From: Cyanidioschyzon merolae
Taxonomy: Eukaryota
Assembly: GCA_000091205.1 (NCBI GenBank)
Contig: AP006500.2
Direction: 5' to 3' (one strand)
DNA length: 64,000 bases
The position numbers and the translations under genes were made by a program. Of this stretch, positions 21,942 through 32,979 are shown in pieces (position 1 is the first letter of the stretch; each line of letters opens with the position of its first letter). The notes under the pieces are model-generated. The model made no database searches and was not told where the DNA came from. It saw only the letters and a program-made list of their open reading frames with translations.

Positions 21942-22276
21942 AATGCCAGGCCACCGCGCGGCACCTCCATTCCCTACACTGAGGCATACAAGCACGTCGC
22001 TTTGGGCGTGCTGAAGTCCGCTCTTCCCTGTCTCTTGGAAACAATGTTGCTCCGGGGTATTCTGGTTCCATGTATTGATCATCCATCAATAACAAAGCAG
22101 GTTTCCTGGTGATGCGCCTTCCACTACACCAAACCGGACAGTGCTCGCGTACAGTGTGCCACCTGAATGAACGCGAAAAGCTGGACCCCCTAGATATCGT
22201 TGGATGCACGAATCTCGCCCCTGCCTTTGCCAGCAAGTCTCGACCGGAGCCCATAGTGAATGGAAATTTCCGGAGT

Positions 22277-22302
22277 GTTGTTGTTGTTGTTGTTGTTGTT
22301 GT
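22277..22302. repeat. (GTT)8 microsatellite
   Basis: Direct reading: gttgttgttgttgttgttgttgtt. Confidence 0.85.
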
Positions 22303-22745
22303 CTGCTTCCAAGCTGTCCACAGCAACTGCGCATCCGGGTTGATCCAGTTTCCATGTATCCATCGTATGCCATTCAGAGCGTATCCTGGAGGCAGCGCGT
22401 GTCGGTCTCGGTCGTTTCAGTGCAGCGGCGTCCCGCCTCGGGGCGCTGGAGTCCCTTTCGTGCTTCGAGATCGACGCGTCTTATCACATGCATCCGGATG
22501 CAGCTATGGCGCCCACATCTAGAAAACGCAACGTCGTTTCACTCTAGACGCTTCTGAGATCCGCCGCCAGCTCCTGTTCAGAAGACTCCTATCTGACTGA
22601 GGCTCGATGGATGCAGCGACCCGCCGGTTGGCGAACTTCCCACGAGCGCCTGCTGCGATGCTGCTTGCGCCAACACTGCCACTGTTGGCGTACGGCGATG
22701 CACTGCGCTAATCCACGCTTCCTCGGGAGACGAATCATGCAACTT

Positions 22746-24467
22746 TCACGCTTCTTCACAGACGAGACGAAACTTTGCGAATACATAGGGGTAATGTGCC
22801 TGATACCAGTTCCGGAATGTCGAGCGAACGAGTGGAGTGCCCGTCGCCCACGAAGCCCCTTTGAGGACAAAATGCTTATCATCAAAAAAATCCGCCGAAT
22901 ATTCCGGATACAGCGGTGAAGGCTGGAAACGCTCTCGGTCCAGCGGCTCAAAGAGGGACTCGGTCCACTCCCAGCCGTTGCCAACGAGGTCACAGACACC
23001 CCATCGCGAGCAGTTCGGTGATTCATAGGTGCTAATCGGGCCCCAGTGCCGGAAGCCGTAATTCCCGTCAGCCGATGACTCCGAGGACTCGTCGCTATCG
23101 AGGGCGCTGTCGGGATAGGCACCTTCAGCGAGGTGCTGCCACTCGGCCTCGGTAGGCAGCCGCCATGTCGCTGCCGGGTGTCGCTGGTTTCCGAGCGCCC
23201 CAGAGACCCAGTTGGCAAAGGCGCGGGCCTCAGCCAGCGTCACATACACAGGCCAATGGTTTTCGACACAAGCGGGTTCCCCGAGCGCGTGCTCCCCCAG
23301 TCGACCGTCGGGGTGCACCACATAGCATGCGGGCCCGCTTTGCTGCTGTCCAGAGCGGTTCAGGGCACGCCAGAACTGCGGCCACTGTCGCCCAGATCTT
23401 GCACACCACTGCCGATCGCTTTCATTCAGCCAGTAGCGATCCAGTTCACGATAGCCACCGGCCTGAACAAAATACCAGTACTGTAAGTTCGTTACGGGGT
23501 ATCTCTGCACGAGTAGCGAGCGCGGAATCTTGCGCTGTACGCGAGGCAGCTCATTATCCCAGGCAAAACGCAGGTACGGTTCAATCACCTCGTGTGGGTT
23601 GCGTCCCAGAGAGACGATGCCGTCGCTCTCGACACGCTGCGTAGCGCCAAGCGGCGGGTACGACGAGTTCTGGTCCATAGGTAAAGCGTCGGCGCTGGCG
23701 AGACTCTGCATTTGCTGTCGATATTCGGATATCCAGAACGGTCGCATACAGTAGCCGTTCAGCTGATGGAGCATGTACAGGAGGGTTTCGGTGTGCATCC
23801 ACTCGTGTTCCGCGATGGTCATCAGCAGCGTGTAGCACGAGCTTGGCGGCAGCACCTGGTCGTCGACTGACTCGCTCCAGCGCCGTAAACGATAACTCAG
23901 ATCCTGCCGAATATAGTCTCGATAGGCAGCAACCTGAAAGACTGGAGGCCACTCTTCAGCGGTACTCGGCACCTGCGAGTGCCAGTGGCAGCGCGTGGGG
24001 TCGTCTACATCCGGATCCATGCCGCGCTCGAAAAGTTTCGCGAAAGTGCTCAACATCTCGAGTGTGAGCGGGGGTTGTATGGGCAGCGCGTCTTCAGGCA
24101 GCAGTCTTGAGTTGTAGCGGTTCCAGGCGAACGCTGGCAAATGACCCATGTAAAAGAGAAACGGATGCCGCAAGTCGATTGGTTTCAATAGCAGAATCTG
24201 GGTCACAGACGTAGCTGGGAAGGTTCCAAAGACAGCGTCTACCTGCTTCCAAGCTTCTGTTAGTGAAGCTAGAGCCGCCTCAATAGCGCGACGCTCTGAA
24301 AATAGCTTTCCCGTCTCGAGGGCGTGTTCCGAGTCAACGACGGGCAGACGCCCAACGCCCGAGAAAGGATTGAGCGGACGCCAGCCTCGCAACAGTGCTG
24401 GACGTGTCGTAGCGTCAAGCGTCCCGTCCAGTAGCGGCTCGTGAACTGCAGCAGTTGAATTCAGCAT
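22746..24467 (-). CDS. DinB-like + FGE-sulfatase domain protein, EgtB/OvoA-type sulfoxide synthase-like
   Basis: N-terminal DinB-like region (FLFYMGHLPAFAWNRY, metal-binding-like HEWMHTETLLYMLHQL). C-terminal FGE-sulfatase-type signature GNGWEWTESLFEP...FFDDKHFVLKGASWATGTPLVRSTFRNWYQAHYPYVFAKFRLV. Track start 24557 is GTG; first ATG is 24467. Family assignment is from memory of motif patterns and was not searched. Confidence 0.55.
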   Translation of the reverse strand: MLNSTAAVHEPLLDGTLDATTRPALLRGWRPLNPFSGVGRLPVVDSEHALETGKLFSERRAIEAALASLTEAWKQVDAVFGTFPATSVTQILLLKPIDLRHPFLFYMGHLPAFAWNRYNSRLLPEDALPIQPPLTLEMLSTFAKLFERGMDPDVDDPTRCHWHSQVPSTAEEWPPVFQVAAYRDYIRQDLSYRLRRWSESVDDQVLPPSSCYTLLMTIAEHEWMHTETLLYMLHQLNGYCMRPFWISEYRQQMQSLASADALPMDQNSSYPPLGATQRVESDGIVSLGRNPHEVIEPYLRFAWDNELPRVQRKIPRSLLVQRYPVTNLQYWYFVQAGGYRELDRYWLNESDRQWCARSGRQWPQFWRALNRSGQQQSGPACYVVHPDGRLGEHALGEPACVENHWPVYVTLAEARAFANWVSGALGNQRHPAATWRLPTEAEWQHLAEGAYPDSALDSDESSESSADGNYGFRHWGPISTYESPNCSRWGVCDLVGNGWEWTESLFEPLDRERFQPSPLYPEYSADFFDDKHFVLKGASWATGTPLVRSTFRNWYQAHYPYVFAKFRLVCEEA

Positions 24468-25314
24468 GGATAACCAAGAGTGGCCACCTGAAGCCGTGCC
24501 CAGCGATACGCACCGCACAGAATAGCAAAAAAGCTCCTCTGCTGCTTTTGGACGCACGAACGCTCGACTGGAGCAACGGCGGGCGCGCCCCCGTGGCGAT
24601 ATGTGCTCGTCGTGCGCAAGCGCCCGGCGACTACAGGCGACAGAAACGTGTGCGCTTGCGTTTCTAGGGAATGTTGCGCTTCGGGATATCGCTCAAGGAT
24701 GTGATGTGTCGACCAGTAGGATGGAAAGGGAGTGTCGAAGAAGCGCCAGCTTCGCCCGGCCGGAGATTCGCTTTACCGTTATGCATCGCAACACGAGTAC
24801 TCTATACGCTTGAGATCCTTCTTCTCGAATGAGAGGAGAGAGCGCTTCCACCGCTAATCCCAGCACTGCCACCATCCGAGCAGCGAGGTATCTGTGCAGT
24901 TCTCGATGCACCAGAGCGTCTGCCTGCACCCAAAGCGTGATGATCATAGCTCGCACTGAACAGCGCACAATGCACAGAATTCCGCCAAGTGATCCTGAAC
25001 ATGGCATTCGAGCTGCCTTTTCCAAGTCCAAGTGACGGCTTACATGCACGCACACGTAGGGTGACGCGTTTATCCGCCGCTCGCTCTCATGTATTCCAAT
25101 GAGAACACGACCACAGGATGCGCCATTCGGCCAGGGGTGGCTTTTCCATAAAACACCGCCGTCACACACAGTTCTTACCGCGACTCGACGCCTCAGCACC
25201 AACTAAGGCACTGTACCAGCCGAGCCGATAGCCACGAACAGTGAGCGGCAGACGTTTGTACAGCGCCTGCTCTGGGGTAGCGCCGCTCTGCACAGGCCGG
25301 CGAGGAAGCCCCAC

Positions 25315-25770
25315 TCATGCCGCTCCCGCAAGTCGCTCAGCGTAGATACGAGCAGCCTGTGTGTCCAGGTCCTGTCTCCCTTTCCGTGTGATGACGCGAC
25401 CGCCCGCTTCCTCGTCTCTAGCTACGAGTCCAAGCCTCTCCAGTTCTTGAAGACAATATCGGATAATTCCGCGCGACCCTGTGGCAAAATGAGACGGTCG
25501 CGGACCGTTCCTCTTCTTACCCCCGTACTTGCGGCTGTACGCTCCGACACCAAGATTTTGCCGCAAGTAAACCTGGCGCGCAAGAGCCGCCATTCGAACG
25601 TAGAGCCAGTCTCGATCTTGCGGTGGCATCTCACGCAGGGTACCCGTTTTCACGACGTCCATCCATTCCGGTTCGCGAACTTGACCCTGCTGTTTGAGGT
25701 GCGCTGCATAGGATCGAATCAGATGATCAGCTGGCACGTCTTTCAAGGTAATGCCAGACCTGGGCGCCAT
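25315..25770 (-). CDS. RPS19: 40S ribosomal protein S19e
   Basis: MAPRSGITLKDVPADHLIRSYAAHLKQQGQVREPEWMDVVKTGTLREMPPQDRDWLYVRMAALARQVYL...GGKKRNGPRPSHFATGSRGIIRYCLQELERLGLV matches eukaryotic S19e end to end. Track start 25776 is GTG; ATG is 25770. Confidence 0.9.
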   Translation of the reverse strand: MAPRSGITLKDVPADHLIRSYAAHLKQQGQVREPEWMDVVKTGTLREMPPQDRDWLYVRMAALARQVYLRQNLGVGAYSRKYGGKKRNGPRPSHFATGSRGIIRYCLQELERLGLVARDEEAGGRVITRKGRQDLDTQAARIYAERLAGAA

Positions 25771-26507
25771 CACCACTCCACAGTCCGCTCGTTCGTCAGC
25801 GAAGAATACGGCTTGATCGCTGTGCTCGAGTGCGGGCCCTGTCGCATGACGGCGTCGACGGCAAGGTCAATCCTGTACGTTTACGGTATATCATGGACAA
25901 AATAGACACTCTGGTGCGACGCCTCCGAGGCTCGCCATGGCAGGCGTTTCGTGCAGCGCCTGCGCAGCGTCACCCTGCTGTCTGGCAACGACATGGGAAA
26001 TGCTTAGCGCCCAAAAACTCTGGCCTACCCGCCGGGCTTCTCCGGTATGTCGTTCGGCATCGCCAGTCGCAGGCCTGTTGATGCCGTTTCTAAGAGCGGC
26101 GGGATGTGCAGACGCATTGCGGTCCGGTGCGTACCGGCTCAAATGCGCATCGAGCCGACGCTTCCGATTACGGGGCGGGGCACTCGCCTGAACTGCGGCC
26201 ACTGCAGCGTATCTCGCGCCGCCGCGAAGCGCATATAGCAGACCTGGTATCCCTTCGGTCTCTGATTATATTTACGTCAACGTCTGCACGGAATATGACC
26301 CTGGGATACGCCGACTATGATCGCGTCTGTCGGGTAGCCGCGGTCGCTTGTGCTGCTCGAACTACCGGGCAGTTCCTACTGCACCCCTGTCAGTATAAAT
26401 GGAAGAGGTCCTGTAGTATGAGCGGAAACTTTCAATTTTGGGTCACGTATCAATGTCATCAGTACGAGTCTCTGTGAGCTTTTTCCGTGACTGTGTCTTT
26501 TCCTCTT

Positions 26508-26909
26508 TCAAATCTCCGGTTCTATATCCGGCGATCCCTCGACCTCCTCCAGCTCCAGTATCAGCAGGCGAAGGATGCAGGCTTTGACGTTCAAATCCTG
26601 CTTTCGCCACTTGCAGCAGTTGTCGATGCTCTGGATGCCCAGACGCTGGTTGCGATCTACGCTTTGCACGCCATTCTCTTCCTCTAGGTTTACAGCATCG
26701 GTGCGCTCTTCGCAAGGGTGGCACTTGGCTCTGGTCCGCTGTTGCCATACGTCCAGCACACCTTCTCCGGACGCTGTCCTGTGGCTTGTGAACGCTTGCT
26801 CCATCGCTCGATCTATGGCCTTGACGCGAATAGAAAAGTCGTCTCGATGCCGTGCACTGGTTCCGTGCCCAGTGCCGTACCGGCGGATCATGGGGTTCTT
26901 GTTCGCCAT
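26508..26909 (-). CDS. hypothetical small protein (133 aa)
   Basis: ATG-initiated ORF in the 2.2-kb space between divergent RPS19e and RPL21e. No recognised motif. Could be spurious. Confidence 0.25.
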   Translation of the reverse strand: MANKNPMIRRYGTGHGTSARHRDDFSIRVKAIDRAMEQAFTSHRTASGEGVLDVWQQRTRAKCHPCEERTDAVNLEEENGVQSVDRNQRLGIQSIDNCCKWRKQDLNVKACILRLLILELEEVEGSPDIEPEI

Positions 26910-27968
26910 CCGCTATGCAAGTACGCCGTCGGCTGCATACTCAAAGGCACGCCGTTCGATTCAGTGGAGGATTTGCGGAACGCGATGTTGTCCGTGATGA
27001 AACAAATGCCGAAAAGAATATTCAGAATGGAGTACATGTCTGGAAATTTCTAACCGTCTTCGCTCCCTTCATACAAAGCCTTGACGCACGTTCCGCTAGA
27101 AGCAATCATCATGATGACTCGCATCCGAGTCCAGGACCCTTTTCCATGCAAACAGAAGAGACGATATCCTCTGGTGCGCATCTTAGGGGAAGCATCATGC
27201 TGTCGATGACGCCAGTTTCGTCGATAGCCACAAGAAGAACAGGAGGGCTTGTCTTTCGAACGAAATCTATCAATAATTCGACATCCCAAGTTCATGGAAT
27301 GCTTGGCATATGCTGGTGAACAAGTCGTCATCGGACGACAATCGAGTATTTTCTTCGTCAATGTAGCAGCGGGATCTGCTGCGCCCATCAGCTCCCCCGA
27401 AATACAAAGATCGGAAATTTGAAGCATGCATGGTTTCATCATTCTACACGTAAGGAAGTCAGAAGCGTGATGGCTTGTGCGTATGCACAGCGTCATGATA
27501 TGAGTTAGGCTATGAGCTCGAACTCAACGGCGTTATGCAGCATCTTGGACGACATTGACCTAACGAATTCGAGCTGCAAAGCGTCACACAAGGCACCCCT
27601 AAAAGAGAACCGAGCATCCTAGAACTTTGTATGCATCCGTAAGCCCAGAGTGCTACAGGGTGAATGTCGAGTCTGTATACCTGTAAAAAGGTTTCGAGGA
27701 AGAAACGCAAGACAGGAGTCGGGTGAGCGCTTGCGTGTCCCTTTTTCTCATCTGGAACAGATATGGACTTATCGATCCCATGCGGGGAACAGTTTGCTGC
27801 CGGACGCCGCGCCGCCCTGCAATTTGCACCAATCGGAATGTCCATGATTTCCAGGATCGACGCGGATCCGTGACGGCGCTCGCTGCGGCGTCGCTGCGCG
27901 CTGCGTCGTTCTCCGAAGGATGCCTTGCGGGAAGCGCTCTGCTGGTGCGGGACCTGGTGCAAGGGACC

Positions 27969-28457
27969 ATGGTGCGCTCACATGGACTGCGTAGTAACAC
28001 CCGCGACAAGTTCGCGAAACCGTTTCGAGGTCATGGGAAACCTTTGCCCTCCAAGTACTTGACCACCTACAAAGTCGGGGAGTACGTTGACATCGCAGCT
28101 GACTCGTCGATTCACAAGGGCATGCCGCACAAGTTCTACCACGGACGCACTGGGCGCGTGTTCGATGTAACACCGCGATCCATCGGGGTCGAGGTCAATA
28201 AGGAGGTGAACGGGCGGATCCTAGTGAAGCGCATTCACGTACGGGTTGAACACGTGCGACCGTCCCGCTGTCAGGAGGCTTTCAAGGCGCTCGTGCGAGC
28301 CCGGGACGCTGCGCGCAGAGCTGCACGAGCAGCCGGCGAGCCCAAGGTTATACACGAGAAGCGACAGCCTGCTGGCCCGCGACCTGCACGTGTCGTACAA
28401 GTGGGTGCAGGCGGTATCAAGCACCTGGAAGCAAAGCCGTATGAGTTCATCTGCTAG
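27969..28457 (+). CDS. RPL21: 60S ribosomal protein L21e
   Basis: MVRSHGLRSNTRDKFAKPFRGHGKPLPSKYLTTYKVGEYVDIAADSSIHKGMPHKFYHGRTGRVFDVTPRSIGVEVNKEVNGRILVKRIHVRVEHVRPSRC...KPYEFI matches eukaryotic L21e over its full length. Track ORF 27723.. carries a spurious upstream extension; ATG verified at 27969. Confidence 0.9.
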   Translation: MVRSHGLRSNTRDKFAKPFRGHGKPLPSKYLTTYKVGEYVDIAADSSIHKGMPHKFYHGRTGRVFDVTPRSIGVEVNKEVNGRILVKRIHVRVEHVRPSRCQEAFKALVRARDAARRAARAAGEPKVIHEKRQPAGPRPARVVQVGAGGIKHLEAKPYEFIC

Positions 28458-29243
28458 ACGTCGTGCTTGCAACCTGGCACCGCACCGGTGGCCGTGCACA
28501 CCGCTCAAGTCAACTACACTTGTGCGTTTTCTAAAGAGTAAGCGGCAGCTTGAGTATGCGCGAAACGGCAAGTCTGTGCTCGAGAACGAATCGATGACGA
28601 AGCGCAGACCTCATCCAAACGGACTCTTGGTCGTATATTTCGCAGGTAAACGATGATCATCGCATCTTGGTCCAGTATCGTTGTGCATTTCCAAAACGAA
28701 ATAGGTCGTGCCGGGCTCTTCTGCAACAGCTCACGATCCCAAAGTCGTCGTCTGCTTGCGCTAGCATAAAACGATACGCGACGCTTGGAAGACTCGCTCC
28801 CAGTGGGCACTGGAAGCGCTCCACAGGTGCCGCGACAACATCTATCCACCGCTTGCTGTTCTGGGACGCCATACGCACCGGTTACGTACCTCGAGCTTGC
28901 ATTCGTCCGAGAACCTCGATATCTCTCTGTACAACTGGACGCTTGCTCCCTACTTGCATGCAAGCAACCAGTGCTTGTGCAGCACCGCCAGCCGGAGCAT
29001 TCATGCACCCTGCGTATCGACTCGAGGCACTGGGAGCAAGCCTGCCAGCCAGCGAGCAAGCAGTCGAGAGACTGGGATTTTCTCGCATCGCAGATCGACT
29101 CATGGAACAGGTATTCTTCGGATGCGCCAATGCTGGCGACAGGCAGGGAAGCAACCAACCTACTTTCACAGACGCTTTTGGGTTGCACTGAACCAGGACT
29201 AGTCCTCGCATCGAGGACAGAGGTTCCATAGATCCAGCGACAG

Positions 29244-29286
29244 CCGCAGATCATTGGCGCTCCCACCGAGCGCCAATGATCTGCGG
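29244..29286. promoter_or_regulatory. perfect 19-bp inverted repeat (5-nt loop) containing paired CCAAT/ATTGG boxes, ~100 bp upstream of the cytochrome b5 gene
   Basis: ccgcagatcattggcgctc-ccacc-gagcgccaatgatctgcgg. The arms were checked as exact reverse complements. Confidence 0.5.
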
Positions 29287-29388
29287 TATCGACTTGCTGG
29301 CACTTCAGGGTTCAGACACGAAAACTTACGAAACGTCGACTAGTTTCAAAGCCAGGGAACAGTTCATCGACCACTGAAGCTTAGGACT

Positions 29389-29823
29389 ATGTCCGTCTTG
29401 AGTTTCTGGACGGGCTTGATAGCGCTCGTACTGTTGGTGGTTCTCGTGCGACACCAGCAGCGACAGCGTTCCGCGAGACAGCCTGGGATGCGTCCGGAAC
29501 GACGCAACGAGCCTGCCTACGTCGCCAGTACGAAACCGGTGACCCACCAGGCGGCAAATATCGCGGTCAACCGAGCCGAAACACGAACAAAAACGGTGTA
29601 CACCACAGAGGAGGTTAGTAGACACTGCACACGCGAATCGCTTTGGCTCATCATCGACGGACGCGTCTACGACGTTACGAGTTACGTCGATCATCATCCT
29701 GGCGGTGACGCCATCTTCCGCAACGCTGGGCGAGATTCTTCGGCAGGGTTCCATGGAGACCAGCACCCAGAAAAGGTTAACGAAATAATACCCGATTTCT
29801 ATATCGGCGACTTGAAGCAGTGA
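29389..29823 (+). CDS. cytochrome b5 heme-binding domain protein with N-terminal transmembrane anchor
   Basis: N-terminal hydrophobic FWTGLIALVLLVVLV. Cyt-b5 fold motif EEVSRHCTRESLWLIIDGRVYDVTSYVDHHPGGDAIFRNAGRDSSAGFHGDQH (HPGG motif). ATG at 29389. Confidence 0.8.
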   Translation: MSVLSFWTGLIALVLLVVLVRHQQRQRSARQPGMRPERRNEPAYVASTKPVTHQAANIAVNRAETRTKTVYTTEEVSRHCTRESLWLIIDGRVYDVTSYVDHHPGGDAIFRNAGRDSSAGFHGDQHPEKVNEIIPDFYIGDLKQ

Positions 29824-30639
29824 CTTTGGTCCGGTTCAAAAGCACGACTTTAGCCAGTTTTCGTCTGGCTCTGGAGCGCAAGCACTTAGAGGAAACGGCA
29901 TGCGTGACTTGGCAAAGCCGCTCACGGGGGATGCGCTTGCTTTCGAACGAGCCGGGATCATGCACTGGTCGCGTCCTCTGTCGAGTCGACGCCCTGCTTG
30001 TCGCTTTCGTTGAAGCGCTGTGCTTAACACGCGTCCATGAGGAAGTTCTTTCGAAGGTTCGTATTCCAGCCATTCCATCGCTGCGACTGATCAATACATA
30101 TCATGGAAACCGATGCTACTGGTCGTCGGAAATGAAGCGAACGAGAGGAACACAGAGGCGAACCTCGAAGCCGACACAAGCCGTCTCGCAAGAGCGCTCA
30201 ACGTCGTTTATTGTATGGATTCCGTAGAGCATGCAGTCGAGCGGATCAGCGGCAGGGCTGCAGCGAGATAACTTTTTATGGTGTCGGATCGATGCATGGA
30301 ATTCGAAAAAACCGACTCGATGCACAGTTCCGAAAAAACGGCAGTCAGGAAAGTGTGCACGACTCCTAGTCCGATCCGATGGGTTGCAGGGAACCCACAG
30401 ATCAGCGTTGCGGTCGGAGATCATGAGTCGTTCAAGAGATTCGCCGAGTGCCGAGCCTATGGTCGGCACCTGTGGCGTGCACAACGCCATGTCCCTGCTC
30501 TGGTGCTGTGTGCGGAAGGCCGCTTCGAGCCTCATTGGCTACTATCGCATGGAATCGAAAGCAAAACAGCGCAAACGGTGACAAACGGTGTGCGTCACGC
30601 GCCAGCATACAGCGTGTGCGTTCGCGAAAACGTCAGCGC

Positions 30640-32235
30640 TCACAGCGCTCGTTGAATATATCGCTTGGAACCGAGGCGACCTCGTTTCTCTCGCATTCGG
30701 CGGTTCGAAAACCACCAACAGATTTGCTTGCGAGTGAGTCCTGTACTGTTGACTAACTGCTCACGCTCTGCTGCTGATGGATAGATGCTGACGCATTCGT
30801 AATGCTGGATGAGGATAGCTTCAGCGTGTCGCGAGAGTTTGTGGCGCTCGCTACCAACCATGCCCGTCCCAGAGCCCGTGCTCAGCTGCTCCATCAGAAA
30901 CCCCTCACCGTAGCGAGCAAGTACCGTCCTGAAGAACGCACGAGCAGTACGCGATCTGGTTGGCGGGATCGTCAGCTGCTGCTGCTGCGCGAGATCCTTC
31001 TGATCAACAGATTCTGAGATCTGGGATGCTACGCTTGAGCGCTCATCATCCAAGCCGGGAGCTTCCCGCGGAGTGCACAGCTCCACAGCCGACGATGGAA
31101 GCGCTTTCGAAAGCGGCCGCCGGAGGATTCCTTGCTCCGGGTTGCGAGCATTGAATTCCGTTGCATGGATGCCCCCGAGATACCCCGTACGATTTGCAGC
31201 AGATGTGGCTCCAGCGGGTAGACGCTGTACCGCGGACCCATGGAAGCATGCATCCGTAGTGCCAAGCGCTCCCCGATAGACATCGCACACGTCTTCATAC
31301 CAGAACGATTCTCCGTCGTTGGCAGCGTCTCCGAAAGCTTCGACATGCCACGGCAACGGTATCCGTAAACCAAGCGCTGCTCCAGATGCTGCTACCGCGT
31401 TTCGATCGCTTCGGCGTGCAGCATCCGAGGAGTCGGCCGTCTCAACAAAGCGCTGTGTCGATGCACTGAGATGCTCCGTCACGACTGGCATCGAAGACGT
31501 AGAACAATGCCCAGGCGTGCCTGTCCCTGGATCGTTTTCATCGCGAGCACGCGAAACGGCATATGCTCGGCAAGCACGCTCGTGCATCTGGAGAAGACAC
31601 TGGCAGCAGGACTCGAACTTGAGTCGGAAACGAATCAGCTGTTGCAAGGCGGTAACGAGTTCAACCAGTGCACCGGAGACGTGCACAGACGCCAACGGGA
31701 CATGCTCGCTGCATTGCTGGAGTTGCTGGAGCAGTAAACAGGTGGCCTCTCGCGGCTCGCAAGTCGCCAAGGAAGCGAGCGCCCGTAGCATTCGACGAGG
31801 AAGCGTACCCCTGAGCAACCATTCCCGGAGGTTCTCGATGCTTGGCGTTGCCTCTGCGGCTGTTGTCCGATCGAACGACGGGACACTCAGGAGTCCACCG
31901 TTGCAAATAACGTGTTCGACGAGAGCCTCTAGTTTTTCCGCAGCTGCTTGTTGGACTCGCGCTTCACTTGACGCGGGGTGTCTGGAGTCGGCAGTCGAGT
32001 TCACTGCGCTCGGTATCGTGAGCCAGAGCAAGGCCGTCGACGCCGAGGCAGTGTCTGCCGTAGCCTGCGGGTACACGCGACACGTCGCTAGCTGCCAGAG
32101 CGTCTCTAGCCAGTTGCTCGTATCTGACGACTGTGAACGACACTGCATTTCACCGTGCCGACTAGGACGCTGGTTCCGGGTTGTCGCCCGAGAACTCAAG
32201 CGGCCACCTTGCAGAAAGTTTGGCGGAAAAGTCAT
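30640..32235 (-). CDS. TALE-class homeobox transcription factor (C-terminal atypical homeodomain)
   Basis: C-terminal LSRHAEAILIQHYECVSIYPSAAEREQLVNSTGLTRKQICWWFSNRRMREKRGR. Helix-3 WFxNRR consensus with a three-residue loop extension (IYP). ATG at 32235. The antisense ORF 31319..32449 is judged spurious. Confidence 0.65.
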   Translation of the reverse strand: MTFPPNFLQGGRLSSRATTRNQRPSRHGEMQCRSQSSDTSNWLETLWQLATCRVYPQATADTASASTALLWLTIPSAVNSTADSRHPASSEARVQQAAAEKLEALVEHVICNGGLLSVPSFDRTTAAEATPSIENLREWLLRGTLPRRMLRALASLATCEPREATCLLLQQLQQCSEHVPLASVHVSGALVELVTALQQLIRFRLKFESCCQCLLQMHERACRAYAVSRARDENDPGTGTPGHCSTSSMPVVTEHLSASTQRFVETADSSDAARRSDRNAVAASGAALGLRIPLPWHVEAFGDAANDGESFWYEDVCDVYRGALGTTDACFHGSAVQRLPAGATSAANRTGYLGGIHATEFNARNPEQGILRRPLSKALPSSAVELCTPREAPGLDDERSSVASQISESVDQKDLAQQQQLTIPPTRSRTARAFFRTVLARYGEGFLMEQLSTGSGTGMVGSERHKLSRHAEAILIQHYECVSIYPSAAEREQLVNSTGLTRKQICWWFSNRRMREKRGRLGSKRYIQRAL

Positions 32236-32979
32236 TTCCGAGTATTCGTACCTTGGGCCGCTTCCACACGCCTCGTTCAGGTTCTATCAAGTCTTTGGTG
32301 AGATCCTTCTCCTCTACATAGCGTTCGGGCTGTGCGGTTACGAGGTTCGGGGTCGGTCGGTTTTTCGGTTTTGTGTCGAACGCAGCGTTGCGTTGACCGG
32401 GGCGGGTCAGCGGTCGAACGCTTGCTTGACCAACCTGACGTATCGGTGAAGTTGCTCGCGAGTGCGCTCATGTATTTACCAACTTGCTTGCCTCTATTAT
32501 GACAAAATCATAACTTGCTTGCTTGCTTGCACGCTACTCGAGCGCAAACACTATGACAGCGTTTTCGCTGCCTCTACCGCGAACCGCCCCCGCGACTGGC
32601 AGTACGCTTTTGCGTCCACGAACGGACCCAGTCAGTCAGCGAACAAGAACTTCGCCTCGTCATATGCGGGTCTAGGTATCGTTTCGCTTCATGGACCAGC
32701 TGTTCGAGTAGGTCTTTCAGCGAGTCTGGTGCCCACGAGAATCGCCATCCAGATGAACCGCAACAACTGCGGTTCCAAAGTGCGCAGCACCCTCAGCATA
32801 CGCTGAAACCCAGGTACTGCCCGGGCATGGTGTACCTGATGCGGCTCACCAGTGTGTTTCCTGGACTCGGGAGCCCGTCGACGATGCCCACGCCTCCTCG
32901 CGAAAGCGTCAAAAGCGAAAGCGGACATGGACGAGCCGCAACGCCAACACTGTTTACAACGCGAATGCTCGCAGAGCTT

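Noticed and set aside
28514-29266. 250-aa Cys-rich minus-strand ORF between RPL21e and the cytochrome b5 gene
   Set aside because: Several equally long overlapping ORFs on both strands. No motif. Its putative start overlaps the 19-bp palindrome. Insufficient support to call a gene.
31319-32449. 376-aa plus-strand ORF
   Set aside because: It lies entirely antisense to the TALE homeobox CDS, which has a clear homeodomain. GC-rich genomes routinely give long antisense ORFs. The same applies to 9155..9973 (antisense to eEFSec) and 3913..4749.
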